This document shows positions 22,267-32,000 of a stretch of 32,000 nucleotides of DNA, one piece after another. This DNA comes from Acaryochloris marina MBIC11017 (GTDB taxonomy: Bacteria; Cyanobacteriota; Cyanobacteriia; Thermosynechococcales; Thermosynechococcaceae): positions 180,001 to 212,000 of the forward strand of contig NC_009927.1 of assembly GCF_000018105.1 (NCBI RefSeq), written 5' to 3'. A program made the position numbers and the translations under genes. The notes beneath the pieces were generated by a model. The model had not been told where the DNA came from. It made no database searches and saw only the letters and a list, made by a program, of their open reading frames with translations. Each line of letters begins with the position of its first letter. Position 1 is the stretch's first letter.

Positions 22267-23802
22267 CTAGAAACTTTGAGAGACTGTCTGATCTTGTTGC
22301 TGGCTGTGTTCTTGCCGTTGAGCTTGATCCTGCTGAATATCAGGCCTAGCCATCAGCAGCTCATCAGACGCCGATTGAATAAGGTCATGTGCTGTATCAC
22401 GGGCCATATCTGGGCCATGTTTGCTCTCGATCGCTTTAATGTGTGGGTTGTTCTCCAGCAACATCGAGGTAATTTCAGCCTGTGAATGCCCGTTATTTAT
22501 GGCATTCTTAGCGATATCAACCACCTCATCAATGCCCGTAGATTGTACGCCCTCAGAGGCCTTCTGATAAAACCCTTGTGTTGTAGTCTCTGGGATGGTT
22601 TCAGCCGGTGCCGTCATCTTAATTTGCAACAAGTCTTGAACTTTTTGCATTGGATCGAAAACTTGGCCGTCTATAATCGACAGCAACAGCCTATTGCCCT
22701 GTCTAATCTCAAGAGTGCCTTTGAAGTTAGCAGGATCCTCTAGTGCTGCCTTGAACGCCGCCATCTGTTCATTAGAGACGCTGGTATGGTTTAGGTCTGG
22801 CTGACCATCTGACAGTCTGAATACCTCCTGATTATTAAAGAAGAACCGCATTCCATCAGCATTCATACCCTTGCCGGCTATCTCTGAGGCCAGGGCCTGA
22901 AAATAGTCTTGGGCGATTTTGTCTGGTTCTTGCTTGGATTTTGTTAAGAACTCTGGGATGCCATCGTCTAGATATTCTGGGGTTTCCTGTAGATCTGCAT
23001 CAGGTGCCTGTTTCTGGGGTTCATCCCTTAAGGTTTGCTCTGGTTTTTTCTCCTGTTTGGCCTGGGTCGTCTCCGGTTCGATCTGGGTTTCACTATTACT
23101 TAGTACCGTTGCCGGTGCATCTACCTTGTGACCGTTTTGGGTTTGAGGTTCCTGGGAGACGTTCTGCTGATTAGCTTGCTTAGGATCTTGATTATTACTC
23201 AACTTATTAAGCTCCTTTTGGACAAATTTTTCTGCATGAATCCCATACTCTCTAATGTTTTGATAGGAGCTGTGGATCCAATCTTGGACGTTTGAGAATA
23301 TGGCCTGGGTTTGGTCAATCGTTCGACCGATGGCCGTAGAGATTGGTAGTTGGGTCACATATTTAGCCACCATTGGCCCAGCGTCCATCATTGCCTTACC
23401 TACAGCCGTAGGGGCGAGATAACCCGCTAATGGCCGGGTCAGCATGTCCGACTTGCCTAACAAGTCAGCACTTCGGAGTGTCGCCCAATCATCAAAAGCC
23501 CGTTGCCGTGCCCAGTAAGCAAAACCGGGCTGTATGTTTTGACGCATTTCTGCAAAGTGCTTTGTGAGCTGAGCCTCCCTAAGACCATGCAGATTGTTTT
23601 GGATAAAATCAGTCCCCTGGCCGATGGCACCGGCTACCGCTGGACCGGCTAAAGGTAAGTGAGTGGCAGCACCAGCAACCAAGGCAGGCATGGCTAAAGT
23701 CTGAATCAACGGCTTACCCACCTTTAACAGGGGGTACTCGTCAAAAATCTCTTGCTCTGTTCGCCTGAGTTCCTGGTATTTATCGTTTATAGGATTTGCC
23801 AT
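22267..23802 (-). CDS. hypothetical conjugation-cluster protein (511 aa)
   Basis: Long ORF with a Gln/Pro/Glu-rich central linker. No motif recognised. Confidence 0.5.
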   Translation of the reverse strand: MANPINDKYQELRRTEQEIFDEYPLLKVGKPLIQTLAMPALVAGAATHLPLAGPAVAGAIGQGTDFIQNNLHGLREAQLTKHFAEMRQNIQPGFAYWARQRAFDDWATLRSADLLGKSDMLTRPLAGYLAPTAVGKAMMDAGPMVAKYVTQLPISTAIGRTIDQTQAIFSNVQDWIHSSYQNIREYGIHAEKFVQKELNKLSNNQDPKQANQQNVSQEPQTQNGHKVDAPATVLSNSETQIEPETTQAKQEKKPEQTLRDEPQKQAPDADLQETPEYLDDGIPEFLTKSKQEPDKIAQDYFQALASEIAGKGMNADGMRFFFNNQEVFRLSDGQPDLNHTSVSNEQMAAFKAALEDPANFKGTLEIRQGNRLLLSIIDGQVFDPMQKVQDLLQIKMTAPAETIPETTTQGFYQKASEGVQSTGIDEVVDIAKNAINNGHSQAEITSMLLENNPHIKAIESKHGPDMARDTAHDLIQSASDELLMARPDIQQDQAQRQEHSQQQDQTVSQSF

Positions 23803-23853
23803 TGCAGATCCTCATAGGTGTACACGTATTTGATAGGGGCCAAACCTCAAACA

Positions 23854-24297
23854 TCAAAAACTCTGGCCTTGGGATTGAGCTGGGGCCTGCTGTTGTTTTT
23901 GCATTAAATCCAACGCCTGCTTAAACTCTGGGGTATTCTTCTGCTGTTCGACTAATAGATCCTGTTTAGCGTCGGCAATAACATCTTGTTTTAGGCCTTC
24001 CACGTTTTCCGGGTACTGTTGGGCCGTCATCTGCACAGCTTGATGTTGATCCATAAAGACGCTTAGGGTCTTGTCGTCAGTACCAACGGCTAAAGCATCT
24101 CTGACGTTGTTAAATAAATCATCCGGTGACGTGTACGAAATTTTCACCTGTTGCTGTCGTTGTTGGTACAGGAAATAGATCCCTTCCACCAGCAATCTAA
24201 GTGAATCTTCTACCGCCTTTTCGCTTACCTGGCCTGCCTTATGACCGTCCTGGCTTAGGCTGTGGTCGTCCACGTATCTTTGTGATAAGTTGTCCAT
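23854..24297 (-). CDS. hypothetical protein (147 aa), Gln-rich
   Basis: ORF only. Lies in the same operon-like string as its neighbours. Confidence 0.45.
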   Translation of the reverse strand: MDNLSQRYVDDHSLSQDGHKAGQVSEKAVEDSLRLLVEGIYFLYQQRQQQVKISYTSPDDLFNNVRDALAVGTDDKTLSVFMDQHQAVQMTAQQYPENVEGLKQDVIADAKQDLLVEQQKNTPEFKQALDLMQKQQQAPAQSQGQSF

Positions 24298-24329
24298 ATT
24301 TTTCTGCCTTCCTTTGCTACTTTCTTGCT

Positions 24330-26183
24330 TTATAGAGGCAGTACAGTAACGGGCTTATCGTCACCCTGTGCTTGGGCCTGTGCCTCTTTCTCGGCCTTCT
24401 CCTTGGCTTTCTTAGCGGCTAACTCCCTAGCTCTTACTACGTCGGGGTGTGGTAGCAGGGAATTGGCTACTCGCTCTCTTAAGGCGATCTCATCTTCAAT
24501 GGTGACGGTGGTTACTTTCCCGGTTTCGGGATCTGTAAAAGAGGTTTGATTGCTTGCGTGTTCTTCCTGCAAAGCTGGTAACAGTTTTTCTTCCCAAGCC
24601 TTTACGCATTGTTTCTCCATTTTGGCCGTCTTGGAATTTGGATCGTAAGGAATCGGCTTATCTAGAAAGCTAATTGGGTGAGGGTATGAAGCGCTTGATA
24701 TCACGCAACGTCCCGCTAATTTCTGCTCGTCCAGCTTTTCAGCGGGAACTAATGGAACCTCTTTAAGCTGATCACTTGATCCGGTAGTCCTATTATTCGA
24801 GCTGTGAGACGAGTTGGCCGTATTGATAACGATGGTCTTCTTACCTAAGCTCTCAGAAACGATTTTGTGATAATCGTGTTCACCCGTATTGAAATAGGCT
24901 TTGTTCTTCAGGTTCGCCTCAATTCCCTTCCATTGAGCTTTGCCGTAGGCCTCTTCCATAGCGCTGTTTTGCTGGTAGGCAAGCCAGAACGTACCGCCTT
25001 TCTTCCGAGCCAATTTAGCGAGTGCGCTTAAGTCAGGCAGAATGAAAAAGTTAGCCTCATCGCTAATCAGGGTAAGGTTTCTGTCTCTGTTTCTTTGAGG
25101 GTCAAGATTGTAGTTGAGCCATAAGTGCAAGGCTGTAGCAACTAGCGGGGAAGTAGCTTTAAGCTGAGTCCGATCGAGCCGACAATAGACGATCGACGGT
25201 CCCGAATGCTCAAGGGGAATTGTCGAGGGCAGGAAGGCCTTAGCTACTTCAGGATCAATGAACTTTGAGAACATATTAAACGCGCTCGACTGGATCGAGG
25301 CTGAGGGGCTGTCTCCTTTGCCCTTACCTTGGCTTGCAACCGCTCTTAAGCCAGCGCTGGACTGTTTAGCGTAGAACGAAAGCTCTTTGCCAAGCCGCCC
25401 TGTTTTAGCTGCGATGTCCAACCTTTCGGCTAAGTCCGGTAGCGTAATGATGGCCCAAACCATGAGCATGTCAGGGTATCTGGATCCTTTAGCCAACATC
25501 AGGGCCGTTTCCATCAGTGCATCACTCTGTGGCCCAAAATAGGCATGGCGTTTTTGCGTGTCCTCTTGGGTATTGACGTTGAGGCCTCTGCTAATCTCTT
25601 GGGCCTTCGCTTTGTCGTTTGGATGCCTCATCACTTCCAGGAAGTTAAACGATCCGCCAAACTGTACAAGCTTGCCAAGGGGTGATAGGGACTGAACGCC
25701 AGGGGCATAGGCGTAGATTCGACCTTTGTAACCGTTAGCGTGAGCGTATGCCGCTGTTGCTTTAATCAGCTCTCCTTCAACGTCAGTGACAAAAATTGAA
25801 TGCTTTTGCTTGATTGCCGATCTGAGTGTTGGGATTATAAAATTCTTTGATTTACCCGTACCCGATAGACCAGGGAAAACGCCGCCTGGATTACTGAAAG
25901 CAAATGTGATGCCGGTTTCTGGGTTCAGCTCAAATGCTGTTTCTGTTAATTCTCCTTTGGCAATTTGCCGCCGTGCCTCTCGGTTCCCTGCTCTGATCTC
26001 ATCCTTGGTTGAGAAACGAGCATTAGGCATTCCGTCAGGGATCTCAGTCTTAGGCTTGCCGTTCAGGATAAACACACAAACGACAAGGATCACGACTGCG
26101 ATTATCGGACCAACGAAAGTCCCTAAGCCTTGCTGTTGTCCTGGCTGTGGTGGCCTTGGTGGTGGCTGGGTAGAAGATTGCAC
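24330..26183 (-). CDS. type IV secretion coupling protein (VirD4/TraG/TraD-like ATPase)
   Basis: N-terminal TM FVGPIIAVVILVVCVFIL. Walker A FPGLSGTGKSKNFIIPT. Walker B-like LTLISDEANFF. Size and position next to relaxase/T4SS genes fit. Confidence 0.75.
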   Translation of the reverse strand: MQSSTQPPPRPPQPGQQQGLGTFVGPIIAVVILVVCVFILNGKPKTEIPDGMPNARFSTKDEIRAGNREARRQIAKGELTETAFELNPETGITFAFSNPGGVFPGLSGTGKSKNFIIPTLRSAIKQKHSIFVTDVEGELIKATAAYAHANGYKGRIYAYAPGVQSLSPLGKLVQFGGSFNFLEVMRHPNDKAKAQEISRGLNVNTQEDTQKRHAYFGPQSDALMETALMLAKGSRYPDMLMVWAIITLPDLAERLDIAAKTGRLGKELSFYAKQSSAGLRAVASQGKGKGDSPSASIQSSAFNMFSKFIDPEVAKAFLPSTIPLEHSGPSIVYCRLDRTQLKATSPLVATALHLWLNYNLDPQRNRDRNLTLISDEANFFILPDLSALAKLARKKGGTFWLAYQQNSAMEEAYGKAQWKGIEANLKNKAYFNTGEHDYHKIVSESLGKKTIVINTANSSHSSNNRTTGSSDQLKEVPLVPAEKLDEQKLAGRCVISSASYPHPISFLDKPIPYDPNSKTAKMEKQCVKAWEEKLLPALQEEHASNQTSFTDPETGKVTTVTIEDEIALRERVANSLLPHPDVVRARELAAKKAKEKAEKEAQAQAQGDDKPVTVLPL

Positions 26184-26310
26184 AAAATTACCCCATATAG
26201 ATTGTCTCTACTAGGGGTATAGGGGCTTGTTGTGGTGGGCCAAAATTAGGGAGCTGAATTGCCTTGAGCTGTTGGCCTAGGGTTGCCTCGTCGCGACACT
26301 ACTAGGCTTA

Positions 26311-26757
26311 TCAATTGCCCTTTCGTCTTCTGTACTCTTCGGTAATCTCGCGCTCAAGGGCCTGATTTTGTTTGGCCCGTTCATTATTTCGAGCTGTTGC
26401 CGCTGGCACTAAAGCTTTGAAGACAGGGCCAGGTAAGACTTCCTCAGCATCTCGCCCGCCCCCCGTAGGGTTGTAGTAAGCAGCTTCACAGACAGATGAA
26501 TTTTCCTTTATGACTACGGTTGTTTCCCGGCCTGCCTCATCTATCAGGTAAATAAGATGGTACGTTGCGCCGTTGTATTCGGTCTTTGCAACATGATCGC
26601 CGCCCGTGAATGCCCACGGGCTGAACACTATCCTTTCTTTAATTAGCTTCTGAGTGCAGCTATTAACGTCAGCTCTGGCCGACAAAGGGATGGACACAAA
26701 CAGCAAGACAAGGGGTAAAAGCAGTTTGTATTTCATGGAGTCAAATATCCTTATCAA
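26311..26757 (-). CDS. secreted/periplasmic small protein (signal peptide)
   Basis: MKYKLLLPLVLLFVSIPLSARA signal-like N-terminus (likely start at the second Met, near 26736). There is a 4-nt ATGA-type overlap with the upstream gene. Confidence 0.5.
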   Translation of the reverse strand: MIRIFDSMKYKLLLPLVLLFVSIPLSARADVNSCTQKLIKERIVFSPWAFTGGDHVAKTEYNGATYHLIYLIDEAGRETTVVIKENSSVCEAAYYNPTGGGRDAEEVLPGPVFKALVPAATARNNERAKQNQALEREITEEYRRRKGN

Positions 26758-29700
26758 TTAAAGTTAACTAAAAATTCAGGATTGATTGTGCTTCCTTTAC
26801 GGGGTGTAACACCATTGACTGTCCTAATGATTTCAAAGTGCAAATGAGGGCCAGTGCTTCGGCCAGTGTTGCCACTGAGGGCGATTGGTGTGTTTTTAGT
26901 GACCTTTTGATTTACTCTAACTTGAGCCTCGCTCAGGTGAGCGTAGAGGGTGGAATAGCCGTTTTTGTGGTTGATAATGACATAATTTCCGTATCCACCC
27001 GCTTGGTATCCGATTTCCTCAACGATACCACCGTCAGAAGCATTTACAGGGGTGCCAACAGGTGTACCGAGATCGATGCCGCCATGCCAACCTAAGCTCC
27101 TGTGACCAAAGCGACTAGTGACCGGATAGCCAGGGTTAGGATTACCAAAGTCACCCGTAGCAATGCCGTTACCCTCTGGTTGAATAATCCCAGTAGGCAC
27201 GCCCTGAGAACTGGCTAACGCGCCAATTTGACTGCAATAAGCCGCTCTATTCGCCACCGTTTGAACCGCCGCCGCTTCAATAGCTGCGATATCTGCGGCG
27301 GTGGTCTCAATCCCTAAGACCCCTAGGGTTGTTGCTGCAACACTGGCGTCCCTCGACTCCTGCAGATACCAGTTAGCCCCGACATTCCCGCGATATGGAT
27401 CACCGGGTTTGCTGTTGTGTAGTAACTTTTGGCCTCTAAAATCCGTTGCACCGCCTAAAAATATCTGAGATGCTTTAATCTGATTTGGGTCATTGAGGGC
27501 AGCTTCAAGGGTCTCATACTCAGAAATCGCACTTTGGATGCTGCCAGTCTTGAGGGCAATCCGGGCGATCGCTTCTTCTTTGGTGTTTACAGGGCTAAAC
27601 CCGAAATTAGGTTGATACTGTTTAGGCTGATAAACAACGTCTGTAATCGTATTGGGATGCTTCGGTGATACAACCCTATTCATGATCGCCACCGCGACAT
27701 CAACTTGGTTTTGAGTCCCGGTACTTTCTAGAGCCGAAGTCAAAATTAGATTGTGGATATCCTTACTGCTGCCCCATGCGGACTGTCCCACCGTCTGAGC
27801 CTGTTTCCCTTGGGTTGATGCCTGGTTTGATGTCTGGCTAGGGACTTGAGCGCTAGCAACAGGGCCAAGGTCTGGTCGTCCGGGTATCCCGGATAAAGTA
27901 GGGGCTAAAGTCTCACCAGGTTTAGAGGCGCTTGAGAACCCATCATTGCTTAGCGTTTGACTAGCCGCAGGGGATGGGTGCGTTATACCCGTGTAATTGA
28001 ATGTGATTGAATTTCCTTCCTCTTGGACCTGGAAGCCGTAAGTACCTGCCTCTTGCTTAACCCAGGATATGGTGGCTAATTCATTGTTTTGGTCAATCAA
28101 CAACCTCCCTTGGGGGTCTCGGTCAATTTCAATACCTATCGCTGAGGATGCTTGTTTGAATTGATCGAAGGCCTCTTTCTCTCCTTTTGGCGGGCTACTA
28201 CCGGCATTTGCAGTTTGAGGGCTGTCGCTGGTCAAAAAGGTTGGAACCTGACAGAAATCTACTGTTCTGCTCGTTGTATCAACACCGGGGAAGTAATCTT
28301 GAATTCGCCGCCGTGCCAGGACAGGGAACAAGCTACCGTTCTTTACTTTCCAGGGCGTCTTGAAACTAATAATGTGCGCGGTGCAGTGCTTGGTGAAGAA
28401 CACAACGATACACTTCTGGAAATCAACCCAGACCCTAGATGTAGAGGGACCGTTGGCGTTTTCTTCTAGCTCTCCAAGACTAAATTTAACAGGTGCGCTT
28501 TTCACCGGCTTAATACCGGCTGATTCCCACTTACCAAAAATGCAGAGGATTCCTTTGCATCCTGGCACTTTTTGAGTTCGGCCCATCCATTCCTTACCAA
28601 GGATCGGCTCACCTCCAAGCAGGCCCCCAGGCACAGCGGGCCGCATTTCCCATCTAGGAAAACCTTTCTTAGGATCCTTGCTTTTGCTATCGGTGCTTTT
28701 GATACCAGGGATAACTTTAAACTTATTGTCTGGAGTGCCGCCGCTCAAAGGCCTTCCAAGAAACTCTTCTGGGCCTTGCTGACCACTATGCAAAATATCG
28801 AACTTAGCGAACACGTCACCCGCAATAAAGGCCGTAATTACATCACCCAGTAATGCCCCCACCGGGCTATCACCTAATCCAGGGACTGCAGAGAGAAACT
28901 TATCTTCAACTCCTGGTATATTCTCAATCGCTAAATCGGCAATCTGAGGCAACGACTGATCTAAGGGCTGATTAGCAATGCTAGCAATAGAGCCTACAGG
29001 GACTTTCTGAAGGTCTGGAAATCGCTGTAAGGCTTCATCCAGCGTCAGATCGTAAATCTCATTTACAGCGTAGTCCTGAGCCTGTTGACGGACTGCTGCA
29101 AAATCCCCCTCAATCACAGAAATGGTCAAGCTTCCAATGGGTAACCGCTGAATATGTTCGGGGAGATCGTCTTTGAGTTCCTTTAACAACAGCGCTTCGC
29201 CCTCTGTGATCGTGCCTCGCCAATCTCCATCCAAGATTTTCTCAAGGGGAACGTCTTTAAGGGACTTCTCTTTTCTTAGGCGATTGAGCAACGCTTTTTT
29301 AGCCGTAGACAAAGCGTTTTTTTGCAACTGCTTTTGTGCGCCTTGAGGGTCAAAAACTACACCTACCAAGGCTTGCACGACGGGAAGGCTGTCTTTAATC
29401 TTAATGTTGCCGTTGTTATAAATGGTCTTGAGCTGCTGAAGGTTCAACCCATTGACCAGCTGAACGTCTTTAAGCGGGACGCCACCGATATCAGCCCCAA
29501 CATTCTGATTAAAATCTCGCAACGTGTACTTTGTGAACCCTGCAAATTGAGGGTTTACCTTTGGATCTAAATCTCTGAATTTAACGACATCCGTGATGGG
29601 TGCCCCTGTTTTCCATGCTCTGGACTCCCCCGGATTAGGTGAAATGATATTACCCGGTGCCGTTGCCCCTGGAATGCTATTAAATGTAGGGCTATACGCC

Positions 29701-29855
29701 TCAGCCGGGGGGTCATAAATTAGCCCTGGTATATTCCGAAGCTCATGAGCTGGGTAGTATCCTACAGTCTGCTGAGTCTGGGCTAAGACTGGGAAGGACT
29801 GAGATAGGGCTATCAATACAGAAGCCATCACCCCCGTTGCTCGTTTGGTTTTCAC
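26754..29855 (-). CDS. large secreted protein with SleB/CwlJ-like cell-wall hydrolase and C-terminal M23 peptidase domains (T4SS peptidoglycan hydrolase)
   Basis: Signal peptide MKTKRATGVMASVLIALSQSFPVLAQ. Hydrolase_2-like VAVAIMNRVVSPKHPNTITDVVYQPKQYQP. M23 motifs HGGIDLG and GPHLHFEI. Confidence 0.8.
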   Translation of the reverse strand: MKTKRATGVMASVLIALSQSFPVLAQTQQTVGYYPAHELRNIPGLIYDPPAEAYSPTFNSIPGATAPGNIISPNPGESRAWKTGAPITDVVKFRDLDPKVNPQFAGFTKYTLRDFNQNVGADIGGVPLKDVQLVNGLNLQQLKTIYNNGNIKIKDSLPVVQALVGVVFDPQGAQKQLQKNALSTAKKALLNRLRKEKSLKDVPLEKILDGDWRGTITEGEALLLKELKDDLPEHIQRLPIGSLTISVIEGDFAAVRQQAQDYAVNEIYDLTLDEALQRFPDLQKVPVGSIASIANQPLDQSLPQIADLAIENIPGVEDKFLSAVPGLGDSPVGALLGDVITAFIAGDVFAKFDILHSGQQGPEEFLGRPLSGGTPDNKFKVIPGIKSTDSKSKDPKKGFPRWEMRPAVPGGLLGGEPILGKEWMGRTQKVPGCKGILCIFGKWESAGIKPVKSAPVKFSLGELEENANGPSTSRVWVDFQKCIVVFFTKHCTAHIISFKTPWKVKNGSLFPVLARRRIQDYFPGVDTTSRTVDFCQVPTFLTSDSPQTANAGSSPPKGEKEAFDQFKQASSAIGIEIDRDPQGRLLIDQNNELATISWVKQEAGTYGFQVQEEGNSITFNYTGITHPSPAASQTLSNDGFSSASKPGETLAPTLSGIPGRPDLGPVASAQVPSQTSNQASTQGKQAQTVGQSAWGSSKDIHNLILTSALESTGTQNQVDVAVAIMNRVVSPKHPNTITDVVYQPKQYQPNFGFSPVNTKEEAIARIALKTGSIQSAISEYETLEAALNDPNQIKASQIFLGGATDFRGQKLLHNSKPGDPYRGNVGANWYLQESRDASVAATTLGVLGIETTAADIAAIEAAAVQTVANRAAYCSQIGALASSQGVPTGIIQPEGNGIATGDFGNPNPGYPVTSRFGHRSLGWHGGIDLGTPVGTPVNASDGGIVEEIGYQAGGYGNYVIINHKNGYSTLYAHLSEAQVRVNQKVTKNTPIALSGNTGRSTGPHLHFEIIRTVNGVTPRKGSTINPEFLVNFN

Positions 29856-29885
29856 AAAAAAAGATCCCTGTATCGCTACAAGGAT
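29856..29885 (-). terminator. intrinsic-terminator-like hairpin plus U7 between two co-oriented conjugation genes
   Basis: The minus strand reads ATCCTTGTA-GCGA-TACAGGGAT (9-bp stem with one G-U) followed by CTTTTTTT, which abuts the GTG start at 29855. Confidence 0.45.
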
Positions 29886-29915
29886 TAGATAGGGGCTTTT
29901 TTCAGAGGATCAAAA

Positions 29916-31352
29916 TCAGGATTTTGCAACAATATCGACATTGCCCGAAAACTTCCAGTATTGGCCGGTCGGCCCTCGCTGCTGCCCTCTAGGCACCAAG
30001 TTAGAAATGTGACTGCCGCCCCGGACATTGCCTAACTGATCTGACGCTACTTCGCCGCCAACGGCCAACGCAGCTCCCAGGATTCGATTGCCAAAGCTAG
30101 TACCGCCTTGGGTCTTGTACTGGGCCAAAAGATAGGTGGTGTTCTTCTGCTCGATCATGTATTGACCTGGCCCAACTGGCTGATTGTTGAGCTTTGTCAG
30201 CTCTGCGGTGAACTGAGTTCCATTGAGAGATGTAATCTTGGCCTCTGCTGACTGCCCCTTGTGCGGCCCACTAGTGATCGTCAGTGGAATAATGACCCTC
30301 TGAGCCTCATCCTGTGATCTCCATTCCACATGTCTGACAACCTTAGCGGACATTTTAGAAACTGTAGGCGTATTGGATGAGGTAGGCGAATTAGAGCCGC
30401 TAAATTCCTGATCGTATTGATCCATCGTTTGGATCTCACCGGCCAAGAAGTTGACCTGATGACTTGGCTTAGCTTTGACTACTGAGGGCCTAGCGTAAGC
30501 AGTTTTAATGGGTCGCTTATAAGGCGTCAACTTAACGGGTTTAATGGGCTTGGGAGTGGTGGGCGTTGGTGTTGTCTGACCGAGTGTGATCGGCTTGGTT
30601 GGGGCTTGAGTCTTGATACTAATCCGATGTTTTGCACAAGCAGGGACATTGATACCGCCTTGCAAAAACTCGACACAGTTTTCTAACGTTGGCTTAGGCT
30701 CAGCTTTGAGCGCTGTCCTAGGCTTAGCCGGTGCAACAGCCGGTCTATATGCTCTCACTGGAGCTGGGGCTGTATAGCGAGGTCTGTTAAGGCGAACTGT
30801 GTTTCGAGGTGTCACCGTCCTTCTAGCGGGCACTCTCGCCGGTCCTCTGGGGGGTGTCTGGGGTGCTGTCGTTGTCGTCCCTGGTCTAGCCGCTGGATTT
30901 GTTGCTATTCCTGGCTGTTGAGCCGTTGGCTTACCCGTGGCATTGGGGTTTTGCTGACCTTCTAAAGGTATCGACTCAAATTGCGCCCCTTGGGTCAACG
31001 ATGAATTATCCCCCAACTGCTGGGACTTCTCGCTCTCTAACTGGCTTATCTTTGCCTTTAAACCTGCAATTTGTTCAGTTTCACCAGCCACCACAATCTT
31101 AGGCTTACGATTGCCGGTAAATACCCGATGAACCCCAATAGCCGAAACGCCGACAAAAACTAGGATCACAGCTCCATAAAAGTAGGTACTCTTAAACCAT
31201 TCATGGGTCTTTCGGCCTTCTGGAGCAATACCCGTCTCAATTGTCGAGATAGGCCTATCATCCTCTATCGGCTGGGCCAAGGTTTCGATAACGCTATCTT
31301 GCTCCTGGGTAGTGAAAATCTCTCTCCCTTCTTGTGCTTCAACTTGGCTCAT
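29916..31352 (-). CDS. bitopic membrane protein with Pro-rich linker, VirB10/TrbI-like architecture
   Basis: N-terminal cytoplasmic part, one TM (YFYGAVILVFVGVSAIGV), coiled segment, an approximately 200-aa Pro/Thr/Ala/Arg-rich region, then a C-terminal globular domain. The assignment rests on architecture only. Confidence 0.4.
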   Translation of the reverse strand: MSQVEAQEGREIFTTQEQDSVIETLAQPIEDDRPISTIETGIAPEGRKTHEWFKSTYFYGAVILVFVGVSAIGVHRVFTGNRKPKIVVAGETEQIAGLKAKISQLESEKSQQLGDNSSLTQGAQFESIPLEGQQNPNATGKPTAQQPGIATNPAARPGTTTTAPQTPPRGPARVPARRTVTPRNTVRLNRPRYTAPAPVRAYRPAVAPAKPRTALKAEPKPTLENCVEFLQGGINVPACAKHRISIKTQAPTKPITLGQTTPTPTTPKPIKPVKLTPYKRPIKTAYARPSVVKAKPSHQVNFLAGEIQTMDQYDQEFSGSNSPTSSNTPTVSKMSAKVVRHVEWRSQDEAQRVIIPLTITSGPHKGQSAEAKITSLNGTQFTAELTKLNNQPVGPGQYMIEQKNTTYLLAQYKTQGGTSFGNRILGAALAVGGEVASDQLGNVRGGSHISNLVPRGQQRGPTGQYWKFSGNVDIVAKS

Positions 31353-32000
31353 CGAACTTCCTCTCTGTATTCAATAATTTTCAAACCGTCTGTTTGGAAT
31401 TTGTTCAAGGCTTGGGTTAGGGTTGATTGCTCTAGACCCCACTCATGGCCTGTTCTAGGCTGTTGCTCTTGGATACGAAAAGTAAAACTGAGCTTTTCTT
31501 TGAATGCTGCCCCTTTGGCGTTTTTATCAGTAGCTACCGCCACCCGGACCCCCCTCACATCGACTTGCCATTGGGACTTTGAAAGCTTTTTGACCTGGGG
31601 ATTACCGCTTAGCTCAACCGTTGACAGGTATTTACCCTTGAGGAACTTATCGAAGCTAAATCCTTGACGCTCATAGCTTCTGGCCCTCGTTAACAGCCAG
31701 TTTTGGCGTAAATCTGACTCCATATCGAAGTAGAGCGAGGCTAAATAGAAGTTTCGAGGATAGATCTCTTGGCCTTCCTGTACCATTTGCCCTGGTTGCC
31801 AGTCGTACCCCGACTTAATGAGATTTGCAGCAAATGAGGCAATGCGGGCTTGGGCTTCATTCGGATCAATCTGCTGAGCTTCGGCACCGTTACGCGCCCC
31901 TTGAGATTGACTAAAGGCTTGATAATCGCCGACATCCGGGTTAGAGACTCGTTGAAGAATTAGGAACTGTAAAAGCACCACCACGAAAAGAAACGCCCGC
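31349..32000 (-). CDS. conjugation-cluster membrane protein, partial (5' end beyond window)
   Basis: The frame stays open upstream of the GTG at 31984 to the window edge (..RAFLFVVVLLQFLIL, a TM helix). It overlaps the downstream gene by 4 nt. The VirB8-like topology is a guess. Confidence 0.4.
   Translation of the reverse strand, partial: RAFLFVVVLLQFLILQRVSNPDVGDYQAFSQSQGARNGAEAQQIDPNEAQARIASFAANLIKSGYDWQPGQMVQEGQEIYPRNFYLASLYFDMESDLRQNWLLTRARSYERQGFSFDKFLKGKYLSTVELSGNPQVKKLSKSQWQVDVRGVRVAVATDKNAKGAAFKEKLSFTFRIQEQQPRTGHEWGLEQSTLTQALNKFQTDGLKIIEYREEVR

Overview
This window looks like part of a cyanobacterial conjugative plasmid or ICE. It carries five copies of the HIP1 octamer GCGATCGC, and most genes are on the minus strand.

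Layout, left to right:
- (a) 1-3.3 kb: small plasmid-backbone genes, including an RHH-type regulator with paired palindromic operators.
- (b) 3.3-4.8 kb: a tnpB-only IS200/IS605-type element.
- (c) 5.2-7.2 kb: a ParM-like actin segregation module with helically phased iterons.
- (d) 7.2-17.7 kb: the stand-out region (below).
- (e) 17.9-21.8 kb: a MobF relaxase-helicase-Toprim fusion.
- (f) 21.8-32 kb: a T4SS/conjugation block with a VirD4-like coupling protein, a dual SleB/M23 peptidoglycan hydrolase and a Pro-rich VirB10-like protein.

The stand-out region is a three-gene operon encoding a nucleoside-phosphorylase-fold effector, a MoxR-like AAA+ ATPase and a vWA protein ending in an FGE-sulfatase (FGS) domain. 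Three stand-alone FGS paralogues surround it.

All four FGS C-termini are variable repeats (VRs) of a diversity-generating retroelement (DGR). An Asn-codon-rich template repeat (TR) lies at about 8178-8306. In a hand alignment, nearly all TR/VR mismatches fall on TR adenines.

The DGR is incomplete in this window. Only a 45-codon avd remnant is present and there is no reverse transcriptase.

Functions are inferred from motifs read directly in the translations. No database search was possible.
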